Source: Heterodontus francisci
Lineage: Eukaryota
Direction of reading: 5' to 3'
DNA length: 64,000 nucleotides
Assembly (NCBI RefSeq): GCF_036365525.1
Contig: NC_090404.1
Span: 6,820,001 to 6,884,000, forward strand
Position 1 is the stretch's first letter; every line of letters starts with the position of its first letter. Below are positions 27,004 through 40,544 of the stretch, in pieces. Both the position numbers and the translations under genes were made by a program. A model generated the notes under the pieces. It was not told the origin of the DNA, did no database searches, and worked only from the letters and a program-made list of their open reading frames with translations.

Positions 27004-27580
27004 AAGAAAGTAAGAAATAGGAGCAGGAGTATGCCATTCAGCCCCTCGAGCTAGCTCCGTCATTTAACAAGATTATGGCTGATTTGATCGTGGCCTTCAC
27101 TCCACTTTCCTGCCTGCCCCCATAACCATTGCCTCTCTTGTAGATCAAAAAAATTGTCTAACTTAGCTTTGAATATAGAAAATGACCCAGCCTCCACTGC
27201 CCTCTGGGGAAGAGAATTGCAAACACTAAAGACCCTCTGAGAGAAGTAATTCCTCTTCACCTTAAATTGGAGACCCCTTATTTTGAAAATGTGGCCCACT
27301 AGTTCTAGACGCCCCATGAAGGAAACATCCTCTCAGCATCTACCCTGTCAAATCCCCTCAGAACCATATATGTTACAATAAGATCACCGCTCATTCTTCG
27401 AAATTCTAATGATTATAGGTCCAACCTGGTCGAACTTTCCTCATATGACAACCAGGAATCAGCCTAGTGAAACTTCTCTGAACTGCTTTCAATGCAAGGA
27501 CATTCTATCCTTAAATAAGGAGATTAGAACTGTATGCAGTACAGCAGGTGCAGTTTAACTAATGCCCTGTAAAGTTGTAC
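27003..27580 (-). mobile_element. CR1 3' fragment
   Basis: ORF 27060-27317 (-) GHIFKIRG...RNYFSQRVFSVCNSLP; CR1 tail at 27003. Confidence 0.8.
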
Positions 27581-27616
27581 TACACTCTTTAAAATTGTAC
27601 CATTTAGCCGATACTA

Positions 27617-27750
27617 TAAAAGCAAAATACTGCAGATGCTGGAAATCTGAAATAAAAACAAGAAATACTGGAAATACTCAGCAGGTCTGGCAGCATCTGT
27701 GGAGAGAGAAGCAGAGTTAACGTTTCAGTTCAGTGACTCTTCGTCAGAAC
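27617..27750 (-). mobile_element. Short Penelope-like insert with hammerhead-like core
   Basis: Target duplication accatttag(c/t)cgat at 27599-27612 and 27749-27762; minus strand GTT CTGACGA...GAAA CGTT AAC. Confidence 0.65.
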
Positions 27751-27767
27751 CATTTAGTCGATTTTGC

Positions 27768-29148
27768 CAAAGGGGAGTAGAGACAGCTCTGGTAATTATA
27801 GACCTGTGAGCCTTACTTCGGTTGTGGGTAAAATTTTGGAAAAGGTTATAAGAGATAGGATTTATAATCATCTTGAAAAGAATAAGTTCATTAGCGATAG
27901 TCAGCACGGTTTTGTGAAGGGTAGATCGTGCCTCACAAACCTTATTGAGTTTTTCGAGAAGGTGACCAAACAGGTGGATGAGGGTAAAGCAGTGGATGTG
28001 GTGTATATGGATTTCAGTAAGGCGTTTGATAAGGTTCCCCACGGTAGGCTATTGCAGAAAATACGGAAGTATGGGGTTGAAGGTGATTTGGAGCTTTGGA
28101 TCAGAAATTGGCTAGCTGAAAGAAGACAGAGGGTGGTGGTTGATGGCAAATGTTCATCCTGGAGTTTAGTTACTAGTGGTGTACTGCAAGGATCTGTTTT
28201 GGGGCCACTGCTGTTTGTCATTTCTATAAATGACCTGGATGAGGGTGTAGAAGGGTGGGTTGGTAAATTTGCGGATGACACTAAGGTCGGTGGAGTTGTG
28301 GATAGTGCCAAAGGATGTTGTAGGGTACAGAGGGACATAGATAGGCTGCAGAGCTGGGCTGAGAGATGGCAAATGGAGTTTAATGCGGAAAAGTGAGAGG
28401 TGATTCACTTTGGAAGGAGTAACAGGAATCCAGAGTACTGGGCTAATGGGAAGATTCTTGGTAGTGTAGATGAGCAGAGAGATCTTGGTGTCCAGGTACA
28501 TAAATCCCTGAAAGTTGCTACCCAGGTTAATAGGGCTGTTAAGAAGGCATATGGTGTGTTAGCTTTTATTAGTAGGGGGATCGAGTTTCGGAGCCACGAG
28601 GTCATGCTGCAGCTGTACACAACTCTGGTGAGGCTGCACCTGGAGTATTGCGTGCAGTTCTGGTTACCGCATTATAGGAAGGATGTGGAAGCTTTGGAAA
28701 GGGTGCAGAGGAGATTTACTAGGATGTTGCCTGGTATGGAGGGAAGGTCTTACGAGGAAAGGCTGAGGGACTTGAGGTTGTTTTCGTTGGAAAGAAGGAG
28801 GAGGAGAGGTGACTTAATAGAGACATATAAGATAATCAGAGGGTTAGATAGGGTGGATAGTGAGTCTTTTTCCTCGGATGGTGATGGCAAACACGAGGGG
28901 ACATAGCTTTAGGTTGAGGGGTGATAGATAAAGGACAGATGTTAGAGGTAGTTTCTTTACTCAGAGAGTAGTAGGGGCGTGGAACGCCCTGCCTGCAACA
29001 GTAGTAGACGCGCCAATTTTAAGGGCATTTAAGTGGTCATTGGATAGACATATGGATGAAAATGGAATAGTGTAGGTCAGATGGTTTCACAGGTCGGCGC
29101 AACATCGAGGGACGAAGGGCCTGTACTGCGCTGTAATGTTCTAATTGT
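27768..29148 (+). mobile_element. 5'-truncated CR1 LINE (RT domain)
   Basis: ORFs 27764-28396 (NYRPVSLTS, QGSVLGP, FADD) and 28400-28906; tail ctaattgtaattct. Confidence 0.95.
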
Positions 29149-29451
29149 AATTCTCACATTCCTCTGTATTGAATTCCATCTGCCACTGTCCGCCCGTTGT
29201 GCCCACCTATCTATGTCTTGTTGCCGTTGAATGATTTCATCATTACTGCCTGCCAAATGATTTTGTAAATGTCCTGCTAGTACGTCCTTAATCATGGGCT
29301 CTAGCATTTTCCCAATGTCAAATAATTGGCTATCTGCTTTTGATTCAATCATGGGATGTGGGCGTCGCTGGCTATGCCAGCATTTATTGCCTATCCCCAA
29401 TTGCCCTTGAGAAGGTGGTGATGAGCTTAGTTTCCTAGTTTCCTCCTTGCT

Positions 29452-29456
29452 GTCTG

Positions 29457-29518
<62 letters not shown>
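29452..29518 (+). repeat. (TATC)n microsatellite
   Basis: Direct reading. Confidence 0.95.
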
Positions 29519-29554
29519 GATTCTCGTAGCTAGCTATCTATTCAAAAGATGTTT

Positions 29555-30135
29555 TACAGTGCAGCAATGAATAAGATAGGACCTGGTGTGATATAAAAAA
29601 AGAGACAGGATAAAGTGCACTCTTGTTTGAGAGAGGGCTGCGTGTAATATAACTTGAGACTGGGCCTTGTGCAGTAATAATTGAGACATTGCCGAATGCA
29701 AAATAAACAGAGACATGGTCTAGTCCAATAATAATCTAGACATGTTTCAGTGTAATATAAACTAGGACTAGGGGTGGCGTAGTGCAATATAAAAAGAAAC
29801 ATGGCCATGTCAATATAAAGTGAGTGACGGCCGAGTGTAATATAACCAGATATTTGGTCTAGAGTAATGGAAATATGAATGGTCAATTATATGGTAAACA
29901 GAGGCACCGGCAAACGCAGCAATAACTGAGACAGTGCCAAGTGAAGCTAAGGGAGCTACAGGACCTAGAATAAAATAAACTGAGACAGGGGCAAGTGCCG
30001 AGATTACTGATACAGGGCCTAGATTAATTTAAACTGAGTAACGGTCTAGGCCAGAAATTCCTGATACAGGGTCTAGTGTAGGAACTAATGACACGGGGTC
30101 TAGGTTAATATAAACTGAGACAGGGTCTAGTGCAG
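29555..30135 (-). repeat. 27-bp minisatellite array, inverted orientation
   Basis: Units such as aatataaactgagacagggtctagtg. Confidence 0.75.
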
Positions 30136-32075
30136 TGATTTCCCAATTATGTGCTGTGCACAAAAAGCAGGACAAATGCAATCCAGCCAATTACCACCTT
30201 CTCAGACTACTCTCGATCATCAACAAAGTTATGGAAAGGATCATGGACACTGATATCAAGCGACACTGCTCAGCAATAACTTGCTCACTGACGCTCAGTT
30301 TAGGTTCCGTCAGGGCCACTCAGCTCCTGACCTCGTAACAGCCTTGGTCCAAATATGGACAAAAGATCTGATCTCCAGGGGTAACTTTTGCTGATATATA
30401 TTAATGACCTAGACCTTGGTGTACAGGGCACAAGTTCAAAGTTTGCAGATGTTACGAAACTTGGAAGCATTATGACCAGTGAGGAAAATAGCGGAGAACT
30501 TCAAAAGGATATAGCCAAGTTGATGGAATGGGCAGACAGGTGGCAGATGAAGTTCAATGCATAGAAATGTGAAGTGAATCATTTTTGTAGGAGGAACATG
30601 AAGAGACAATATCGAATAAAGGGAACAATTCTAAAGGGGGCGCAGGAGCAAAGGGACCTAGGTGCATATGTGCATAAGTCATTGAAGGTGGCAGGAAAGG
30701 TTGAGAGAGCGGTTAATAAAGCATACAGTATCCCAGTCTTTTTTAATAGGGACATAGAGTACAAGAGCAAGGAAGTTATGTTGAACTTGTATAACATACT
30801 TCTTTGGCCTCAGCTGGAGTATTGCGTCCATTTCTGGGCGCCGCACGTGAGGAAGGACATGAGGGCATTGGAGAGAGTGCAGAAAATATTCACGAGAACA
30901 GTTCCAGTGATGAGGAATTTCAGTTATGAAGATAGATTGGAGAGGTTAGGACTGTTTTCTTTGGAGAAGAGAAGGCTGAGAGGTGATTTGATACAAGTTT
31001 TCAAAATCATGAGCGGTCTGGAAAGAGTAACTGTTCCCACTCGTGAAAGGGTTGAGAACGAGTGGGCACAAATTTAAAGTATTTGGTAAGAGAAACAAAG
31101 TGACATGAGAAAACACATTTTCACGCAGTGAGTTGTTACGGTCTGGAATGCACTGCCTGAAAACGTGGTGGAGGCAGGTTTAGTTGAAGAATTCAAAAAG
31201 GAATTAGACAGTTATATGAAAAGGAAGAATGTGCAGGGTTACGGAGAGGCAGGGGAATGGAACTGAGGGCATTGATCTTTCAGCGAACCAGTGCGGACAT
31301 GATGGGCCGAATGACCTCCTTCTGCGCTGTAACAATTCTGTGATTCTGTGAAGTGACGTGATAGTGACTGCATTTGACATCAAGGCAGCATTTGACTCAG
31401 TATGGCATCAAGGAACCCCAGTAAAACTGAAGTCAATGGAATTCAGGGGGAGAACTCTACACTGGTTGGAGTCATACGTAGCAGAAATGAAATTGGTTGG
31501 GGTTGCTGGAGGCCAATCCTCTCTGTCCCACGAAATCATTGCAGGAGTTCCACAGGGTAGTGTCTTAAGTCCAACCATCTTCAGATGCATCATCATAAGG
31601 TCAGAACGGGAATGTTCACTGATGATTGCACAATGTTCAGAACCATTTCAGTCTCCTCTGATGCAGCAAGACGTGGACAATATACAGGCTTGGGCCAATA
31701 AGTGGCAAGTAACATTCGCGCCACAGAGGTGCCAAACAATGACCATTTCAAGCAAAAGAGAATCCAACCATCTCACCTTGATGTTCAGTGGCATTACCAT
31801 CGCTGAATCTCCCATTAGCAACATCCTGGGGATTACCATTGACTAACGCTGAACTGGACCAGCCACAAAATACGGTGGATACAAGAGCAGCCTCTGACCT
31901 GCTCTTGCAGCCACCGTATTTTTGTGGCTGGTCCAGTTCAGTTTCTGGTCAATGGCGACCCCCAGGATGTCGATAGTGGGGGATTCAACGATGGTATTCC
32001 CATTGAACTTCAATGAGAGATGGTTAGATTCTTTCTCTTTTGTTTGATATGGTTATTACCTGTTGTTGTTATTGT
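30136..32075 (+). mobile_element. Older CR1/L2-group LINE RT fragment with a nested CR1 fragment (~30385-31350) and an inverted piece after ~31890
   Basis: ORFs 30135-30338 (NPANY..SIINKVME) and 31358-31846 (AFD..WH, GVPQGSVL) are split by CR1 ORF 30574-31077 ending in the tail ttctgtgattctgtga. Confidence 0.75.
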
Positions 32076-32099
32076 AGACGTGTCTCTGTTAATATACAG

Positions 32100-32440
32100 T
32101 CGGACCTGTGCTTGCTATTCGATGGCGGCCAGTGACCCCGCTGCCCGGGCCCGTCACCGCGGCGTAAACACAGGGCCTGCGCCTTCTTATTCGGGGACTC
32201 AGGTCTACACCATGTGCCAGACGGCGGAACACAGCGGGAATTCACCGGTTGATCGTATTGGGACCCGAAAGCTGTTCACCAACTTTCTTCCCCTTCAGCC
32301 GCCTCGCAGTTTCTGAACCTCGCGGTCGCGCTTCCACCGAACTGCTGCGCTTGCGCATCGGCTTCCTGGGACAGGGATAGGGCGGATTCGACCGTGCGGA
32401 GCATTCTGGGCAATGACGCACGCCATTGAATGTCATAAAC
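32100..32440. promoter_or_regulatory. CpG-rich island with housekeeping-promoter motifs
   Basis: High CpG density against a CpG-poor background; NRF1-like tgcgcttgcgca 32346-32357, GC box gggcgg 32380-32385, ATF/CRE-like tgacgca 32414-32420. Confidence 0.55.
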
Positions 32441-34465
32441 TGGAGAATTTACTGATACGATGAGACGGAGCGAAATTAAATCAACTGAACAAAACTATAA
32501 AAGCCCACGGTCATTAATTATTTGAATAAGGAATCAAAACTGCGCCCTCCCAAACAGCTTTAAATAGAAGCCTTTGAACGTGTCAATGATGCTTAAAGAG
32601 ACAATACTCTCTCTCTGTCATTGGCAGTTAAAAGGACAGAGTTAAAGGTAAAGTTTCTCTGTCTGTCTTTGTGAGTGATGCAGTTTGTTGAAAATTTCAG
32701 AAAGCAATTCACTCAGTTAAACACCCACGTTTACACATTGATAAGACCAGCTGGTTCGCACTGGCAAAAGATCATTTCATTGTCTGATAAATGAAAAGAA
32801 CTCAAAAAGCAAGAAAAAAACTCTGCAGACAAATCAAACCATTCGCTCAAGGGAGAGACTGCTTGCCTTCTGAGTGTGGGAAATAAATTAGTCCTTCATC
32901 CAACCTGGTGAGACTTCAGCGAGTTCATGTGACCACGAACGCAAGAACACAAGAAAGAGGAGCTGAAGTAGTAGATATGGCCCATCGAGCCTGCTCCGCC
33001 ATTCAAAACGATCATGGCTGATCTGTGACCTAACTTTATATACCTGCCTTTGCCCCATTCCCTTAATGCCTCAGGTCTAAAATTAACATTGATTCAGTAT
33101 AAATTTCTGTTTGTGGAAGAGAGTTCCAAACTTCTACCATCCTTTGTGTGCAGAACTGCATCCTAACTTTACTGCTGGAAGGTCTAGCTCTACGTTGTAG
33201 ACTATCCCCCTAGTCCTAGATTACTCAGCTAGTGAAAATAATTTTTCACTAACTACCCTCGCAATTCCAATTAATGTCTTAAAAACATTGATCAAGCCAC
33301 ACCTTCATCTTCTAAATTCCAATGAATACAACCCTCATAGGAAGATTATGCATTTTGGTAGAAGGGATAGAGAGAGGCAACATATACTTAATGGCACAGT
33401 TCTCAAGAGAGCGTAGGGACAGGGAAGCCTGGAGGTTCATTCCCATAGACCATTGAAGGCGGAAGGACATATTGAGAGAGTAGTTAGCAAAGCATATGGA
33501 TTTTGGACTTCATAAGTAGAGATATTTAGTTCTTTCATGGGATCTGGGTGTCGCTGGCATGGCCAACATTTGCCACCCATCCCTAATGGCCCATACAAAA
33601 GTGGTGGTGGGCCGCGTTCTTGAAACACTGCAGTCTATGTGGTGTAGGTAGACTCACATTGCTGTTAGGAAGGGATTTCCAGGATTTTGACTCAGTGACA
33701 ATGAAGGAACGACGATTTAGTTCCAATACAGGATGGTGTGGCCTGGAGGGAAACTTTCAGGTGGTGGTGTTCCCATGAAGCTGCTGCCCTGCCGTTCTAG
33801 GTGCTAGAGGTCGCGGGTTTGGAAGGTGCTGTCGAAGGAGGTTTGACAAGTTGTTGATTGTATCTTACATATTGTACACACTGCTGTTATTGTGCATCGG
33901 TGGTGGAGGGACAATAGCAGGGAAGTGGCGCTGAACGTTTCTAAAGCTCTATTCGGCCGCAAGTAGAGTATTGTGTCCATTTCTTGTCACCACACTTTAG
34001 GAAGAATGTGAAGGTCCGTGAGATCATGCAGAGGAGATTCACCAGAATGGTTCCAGGGATGGGGGTTTTTGGTTACAAGGTTACTTTGGAAAAGCAGGGG
34101 TTGTTCTCCTCGGAGCAAAGGTGTTTCAGAGACGATCTGATAGAGGCGTATAAGATAATAATATGTTTAGATAAGGGAGACAAAGAAAAGTTGTTTCCAT
34201 TAGCTGATGTTACAAATACTAGGGGGTATAGATTTAACGTTTTGAGCGAAAGAGACAAAGGGGCTGTGAGGAAGAACTTTTTTATGTAGTGAATGGCAAT
34301 AACCTGAAGTACACTGCCTACAAGGGTGGCAGAAGCGGAGATGATCAATAATTTCAAAAGGGAATTCGATAGGCATTTGAGGGAAATAAACTTTTTAAAG
34401 TTACTGTTGAATCTTCTTTCAGCACCTGTTCATCCAGTGTGTTCCAGATCATAACAGCTCATTGC

Positions 34466-34683
34466 ATAAAAGCAAAATACTACAGATGCTGGAAATCTGA
34501 AACACAAACAAGAAATGCTGGAAATACTCAGTAGGTCTGGCAGCATCTGTGGAGAGAGAAGCAGAGTTAAGGTTTCAGGTCAGTTCTGAAGAAGGGTCAC
34601 TGACCTGAAACGACAACTCTGCTTCTCTCTCCACAGATGCTGCCAGACCTACTGAGTATTTCCAGCATTTTTTGTTTGTGTTG
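34466..34683. mobile_element. Inverted-repeat Penelope-like insert with hammerhead-like core
   Basis: Perfect 15-bp direct repeat cagctcattgcataa at 34455-34469 and 34684-34698; long inverted arms; + strand AGTT CTGAAGA AGGGTCACTGACCT GAAA CGAC AACT. Confidence 0.7.
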
Positions 34684-35684
34684 CAGCTCATTGCATAATG
34701 TTTTCCCTCATATCGTCTCTGGTTCTTTTGTCAGTTACCTTAAACCTGTGTCATCTGCTTACTGATCCTTCTGATACTGGAAACAGTTTCGCCTTACTAA
34801 GAGGGTTGCAGAGCTGGAGGAGGTCACAGAGATAGGGAGTGGTGAGGATATGGAGGGAATTGAACAAAAGGATGAGTATTTTGAAGGTGGAAGCCTCCAG
34901 GCATCTCCCCCGTGCAGAATGCGAATCACTAACAGAAAGGTTGTTTCTTTAACTACTAAATGTGTAGAAAGGTGAGAGTTTGCTTCTCTAGGTATTGCAA
35001 AGGAATGTTGGGGGGAAATCAATCTCTGTATCTCTCACAGCGACATAGAAAGAGGGAAATGAATGAACTTTAAACATCTGATCATCTTGATACTGAAGTG
35101 TCTGAAACTCAGAAAAGGAATTCCAGGAAAACAAATAACTGACAAATGTGAAAGCTGTTTGGTGATAAAAGAAACATTCATTTCACTTTGAGAGGCGCAA
35201 TAGTTTACCTGGGGTTCACACTGACTCACCTGACGGGCAGCCTCGGGTTGCAGCCCTCAAAGGCCGCGATTGTTTTCAGAAGTCGCTGCTCCCTTGGCCC
35301 TACGGCCTCTGAGCTTCTTCCTGTTGCTTCCCAGGAAGGAGTTAGGATACAATAATCGGTGTGACGTACTGTCAGTCACGTGTTGAACTGGCTACCATTC
35401 TTTTCAGTGTGGGCGATCAAAGCCCGGATTTATCGCCCATCTTGTTTTGCCCCATATAACTGACTATTTTTCTGGGTCAGTTCACAAGAATCGTGGCAGT
35501 TAATCACGATTGTGTGGGGCTGAAGTCCCCATCTCAGGACAACTGGTGTCACTGGTGATAAATGCAGCCTCGCAAGCGACACCAGCATCCAGAGATTGAA
35601 TTAACATGTCACATCTGTTCATCCAGTCAGACTACTCTGTACCTCCCACATGTCAAGTAATCTCAAAGGATGTTGAGCGGATGT

Positions 35685-35800
35685 CCTTGATTGGCTTAAC
35701 CTGGCGCATGTGAGGCGTCATTGTCCAATATTGCCGCGAGCGGTTCAGCTTTATCAGCTTCCGAGCAAAGGACAGATTTTTGTAAATCAGCTCAACCTGA
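35685..35800 (+). promoter_or_regulatory. Putative TCR V promoter (CRE-like and CCAAT motifs)
   Basis: gattgg at ~35689, tgaggcgtca 35711-35720 and ccaat at ~35725, 110-145 nt upstream of the leader ATG. Confidence 0.45.
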
Positions 35801-35833
35801 AGAGACTCACCGTGGCTGGGATTGCCCTCAATC

Positions 35834-36304
35834 ATGCATTGCAAATTCACCCTTTTGACTACTCTCATCTGTTTAACATTTGGTAAGTCTTTAACTGATG
35901 ATATTGTACAAACCTTTGTAAGACACAAGAGTGTTTAAAATGAAACTCGCAATTAATTTATAATCATACTTTCAATCTTTCCACCAGATCTGCTTCAGGG
36001 AGATTCTGTGTCTCAGGATTGGTCGGCTGTAGTCATGAAAGTGGGACAGACTTTCAGAACCCAATGTAGCTATTCGACAACAGTAGGCAGCTACGACCTG
36101 TACTGGTACAGAAAGTATCCCGATGCTCCCCCGGAGATGATCGTGTGGAGAAGTGCCAGTGGCAGTCAGGGAAAAGCAAAAAACATTGGGAATCGCTTCA
36201 CTTCTGAATTAACCACATCGTCAAAAGTGTCTATTTTAACCGTCACTGATCTCCAGCTGAGAGACACGGCGCTGTACATTTGTGGATTCGCTCGATCATT
36301 CCGA
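35834..36304 (+). CDS. TRDV/TRAV: Intact TCR delta/alpha-type V segment (leader exon 35834-35882, V exon 35988-36304)
   Basis: Leader MHCKFTLLTTLICLTF + GTAAGT; acceptor ccaccag. V reads DLLQG-DSVSQDWSAVVMKVGQTFRTQCSYSTTVGSYDLYWYRKYPDAPPEMIVW...NRFTSEL...LTVTDLQLRDTALYICGFARSFR, with both cysteines and the conserved W. Confidence 0.93.
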
Positions 36305-36343
36305 CACAGTGATACAACCTAATGGTTCACTCGTACAAAAACT
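36305..36343 (+). other. Canonical 23-RSS
   Basis: cacagtg + 23 nt + acaaaaact. Confidence 0.95.
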
Positions 36344-38589
36344 GACTGCGGTCTGTTTTGGCAGAGGATGTGCTTCAGTGCGGTCAGATAGAGCTGCAGC
36401 ACCGAGTGCAATTCCTGACAGCTGAATCATACCATCAAACAGCGCGGAAGGCGGCCATTCGGCCATGGTACCTATACCAGCTTTTTGAAAGATCTATCCA
36501 ATTAGTTTCACTGCCCTGTTCTTTCCCCACAGCATTGCAATTTCTTTCCCCTTCAATTATTTATTAAATGCTTTATTGAAAGTGCTTCGACAACCCTTTC
36601 AAGCTGTGCAGTCCAGATCACAAGAGGTCGAAGTGCAAAACAAACATCTCATGATCCCTTTAATTATTTTCCCAGTCTCATTGCAGCAGTGTCCTCCTGT
36701 TGAGCACCTTTCTGCCATTGGAAGCAGTTTATCTCTATCTGCTCCATCAAACCCATCCAATTTTGAACATCTCTATTGAAGCTGATCTCATCCGTCTTTG
36801 CTCAAACGAGAACAATCCCAGTCTCTCGAGTCCCTCCATATAACTAAAGTTCATTATCCCTGGTCCCACTCCAATACACCTTCTCTGCACACACTCGAAT
36901 CCTTGGCATCCTGTCTAAATTGTGGTTTTCAGAATTGTATATAGTTCTCTGGCTGAGGTCTAAACAGTGAGTTATCGAGGTGCAGTAAAGTTCCATTGCC
37001 TTTGCTATCTATGCCTCTACGTATAAAATCTCACAATGCTATGTGTTTGTTTTCAACAGATCATTAACTTGTCCTGCCACCTTCAAATAGGATGAAGTAG
37101 CAAGTAGAGAACAGCGGATGGTGGGCGAGGTGTTGAGGGAAAATTCCTCCATGGGGCAAATCACGAAGTGGAGCTGGAGTTAGCAGAGCAAATAAACAAT
37201 ACATGATCAGTGCTGAGGAAGGTGGCACATTAGTACAACTGAAGAATGAGGGACTGGGTGTCCACTTCAATATACATATCGAGCTTCCTACTCCACTTCC
37301 ACAGAGGTCACAAGCTACCGAGTTAGCAGGGAGCAGCCTTCCGTCTTATTGATCTCAAGAGAACCTAAACTGAAATGAACCTTCCATCAGATGTCACACA
37401 CACGTTACTCCCATCTCCTTGCCCCCACAAATATGCAGATGCAAAATTAAAAGCTGGTAGATTTTTCCTCCTACCAGTCTTGCTCAAGATGCTATTTTTA
37501 GCACAAAGGTGAAGTTAGCAATATGGAATTCTGTCCCCTAAAAGACTATGGATTCTTGAGTGGGGGGTGGGGGGCAGGGGGCGGGGAGGGGGTAGAATTG
37601 GACCTTTCAATATTAAGATTGATGTATTTTTGTTTGGTATCAAAAGATGTGGAGCAAAGGTGGATAAATGGAGTGAGGTAAACATCAGACATGATGCAAT
37701 GAAATGACAGAGCAAGCGGGAGGGATGAATGGCTCCATCTTGTTCTTATTTAACAGGCCCAAAAAGCTGAAAGATCTTCTCCTGTTCCCATGCTGCTGTG
37801 CGAGGTTGTGAAGAGATCTGGAGTAGAGACGTGTCCAAAGGTGTCCAACCGGAGATCAGCCAGGATCTAATTCAACGGCAGAATATTTTCAAGAGGCACA
37901 ATGTCCTCCTTATTATCCTATGTTGCCTCTGTAAGCGTGTCAATGTGTATGGAGCTCAGGCAGGTAAAAAGGTTAAGATGCAAATCAGCCCTGGTCTGAT
38001 TTTATTTTTATTCATTTGAGGGATGTGGGCGTCGCTGGCTAGGCCAGCATTTATTGCCCCATCCCTAATTGCGCTTGAACTGAGTGGCTTGCGCGGCTAT
38101 TTCAGAGGGCATTTTCAAGCACATTGCTGTGAGTCTAGAGTCACATGTAGGTCAGACTGAGTAAAGACAGCTGATTTCCTTCCCTAAAGGGAATTTGTGA
38201 ACCAGAAGGGTTTTTACAACAATGGTTTCATAGTCGTCGTAATCCTAGTTTTTTTTAAAATTCCAGATGTAATAATTGATTTGAAATTTGACTCTCTGCC
38301 ATAATGGGATGCGAACTAATGTCCCCAGAACATTAGCCTGGGCTTTGGATTACTCGTCCCGTGACATTGCCACTACGCCACTGCCTCTCCCACTGAATGG
38401 AGGAGCAGGCTGAAGTGGCGGAATAGCGTTCTCATGTGACTATTTGACAGCAATGCCAGGCAGAGAGAACGTGATCAGTCCTCGGATGTGGGGTGACAGC
38501 GATGTGCGCTTGTCCAGAGAGAACCGGCTGTCCTTCAGCTTGGTTATTTTTCCCTCCTCAGGAAAAACATTCTCATGTGTATCAGGTAA

Positions 38590-39540
38590 TCTCAGAATTA
38601 TTACAACACAGAAGAAGCCCATTCGGTCGGTCGTGTCTGCGTTGGCTCTCCGAAGGAGCAAGGTACCTAGTGCCAGTGTCCTACCTTCTCCCCATAACCC
38701 TGCACATTCTTCCCTTTCAGATAACAGTCTAATTCCCTTTTGAATGCCTTGATTGAAGCTACCTCCGCCACAGTCTCAGGCCGTGTATTCCAGATCCCAA
38801 ACACTCGCTGTGTGAAAAATCTTTTCCTGATGTCTCCATTGCTTCTTTTGCCAATTACCTTAAATCTGTTCCCTCTTGTTCTCGATCCTTCCACCAATGG
38901 GAACCGGTTTCCCTTACCTACTCTGTCCACAATCATTGTGATTTTTAACAACTCTATCAAACCTCCTCTCAACCTTCTCTTCTCCAAGGAAAGCAGTCTC
39001 AAACTCCCCAATATAGCTACGTAACTGAAGTTCCCCATCTCTGGAACAATTGTCGTCAATCTTTCCTGCTCCCTGCCCAACGTCTTCACATCTGTCCGAA
39101 CGTGTGCGATCCAGAACTTGCCGCAGTACTCCAGTTGAGGCCGAACCAGGGCTTTATACAAGTTTAACATGACTTCCAACTCTATTAATGAAGCCTCGGA
39201 TACTGTATGCTTTATTAACTGCTCTCTCAACCTGTCCTGCCAGCTTCAAGGATTTATGCACATAGACACCCAGGTCTCTCTGCTCCTGCACTCCATTTAG
39301 TATTGTATCTTTTATTTTATATTGTCTCTCCGTGGTCTTCCTACAAAAATGAATTATTTCACACTTCTCTGCATTAAATTACATCAGCCACTTGTCCACC
39401 TATTCCACCAACCTGCCGATGTCCTTTTGAGGTTATACTATTCTCCTAAAATTTCAAAATGCCTCCACGTTTCGCATCATCCAAAAGTTTCGAAATTGTA
39501 CCATGTATGCCAAGGTCTAAGTCATTAATATATATTAGGA
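38590..39540 (-). mobile_element. CR1 3' fragment
   Basis: ORF 38667-39230 (-) LYKALVRPQLEYC...FFTQRVFGIWN. Confidence 0.85.
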
Positions 39541-40544
39541 AGGGCAAAGGTCTTCACACCGACCACTGCAAATCTTCCTCCAGCCCGAACACATCCATGA
39601 ATTACGATTGCCCATATTGGAACTAAATGAGCAAAAGATATAGTCAGAAGGAACATTTAGTTGGCGGTTGAATTTTTTAAACTCTAGGTCAGTACTAAAC
39701 AGAGGAAGCAAGTTGAAAGCAAGTTTCATGATTCGTTGCTCCAAGCGGCCGATTTAAACATTATGGCCACCAAATGGGAGAGAGAGGACTCTCCTGCTCC
39801 CAGGACTCTATCACTCCAGATTATAACTGGGCAGATTCTGAGGAAATTCATTTATATGAAAATATGAGTTTAAATTAACAAGTAGAAAAGATAACAATCA
39901 CAGCCAGAATACAAAAAATGGATCCTGGCATATTCATGGAGTGATCAGTATCAAGTTGCTGTGTCAGCAAACATTTTCTCGGAGCTGATCCGAACATAGA
40001 ACTGCAACGTTTGGAGGATAAAGTTGATCAGATGCTGGAAGAGTAGTTTAACCGCAAATGCATTCTTTGATCACTTTTTCTGTCTGTTTGGATTATGCAG
40101 TTTGTTTTCTCAGCCGGTCCTGGAAACAATTGGGTGACAGTTTGATACGAGGTTAATTTGGTTTCCTCTGGATGTGTGTTTGAAAATCTAACAGCGTGCT
40201 GCACATTGTAGCAGCGAAACCCCTATTAAACTGTTCACTTTGTGCCTTTGTATTGATTAATATAAACATGAATCTATACACATGATTCAATATCCTTCTC
40301 CTGTTGTCTCTCTGAATCACTCACTGTACTAAGTCTCACCTTTCTTTATTTCCTTATGTATAACTCTCTGTACTCAGTCTGGCCTTCATCTCCCTCTATT
40401 AGTGTTTCTCTGTATCACTGTACTCAGTCACAACGTGTTCTATCTTCCTCTGTTGTCGTCGCTCTCTATCACTGCACTGAGTAACATCTTTATTTATCTC
40501 CTTCTGTTGGTGTCTCTCTGTACTCTGTCTCACCTTTATCTATA

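Noticed and set aside
35834-36343. NAR-TCR supporting V-delta
   Set aside because: It has its own leader exon, lacks the extra CDR1 cysteine, and no NARV-D-J lies upstream.
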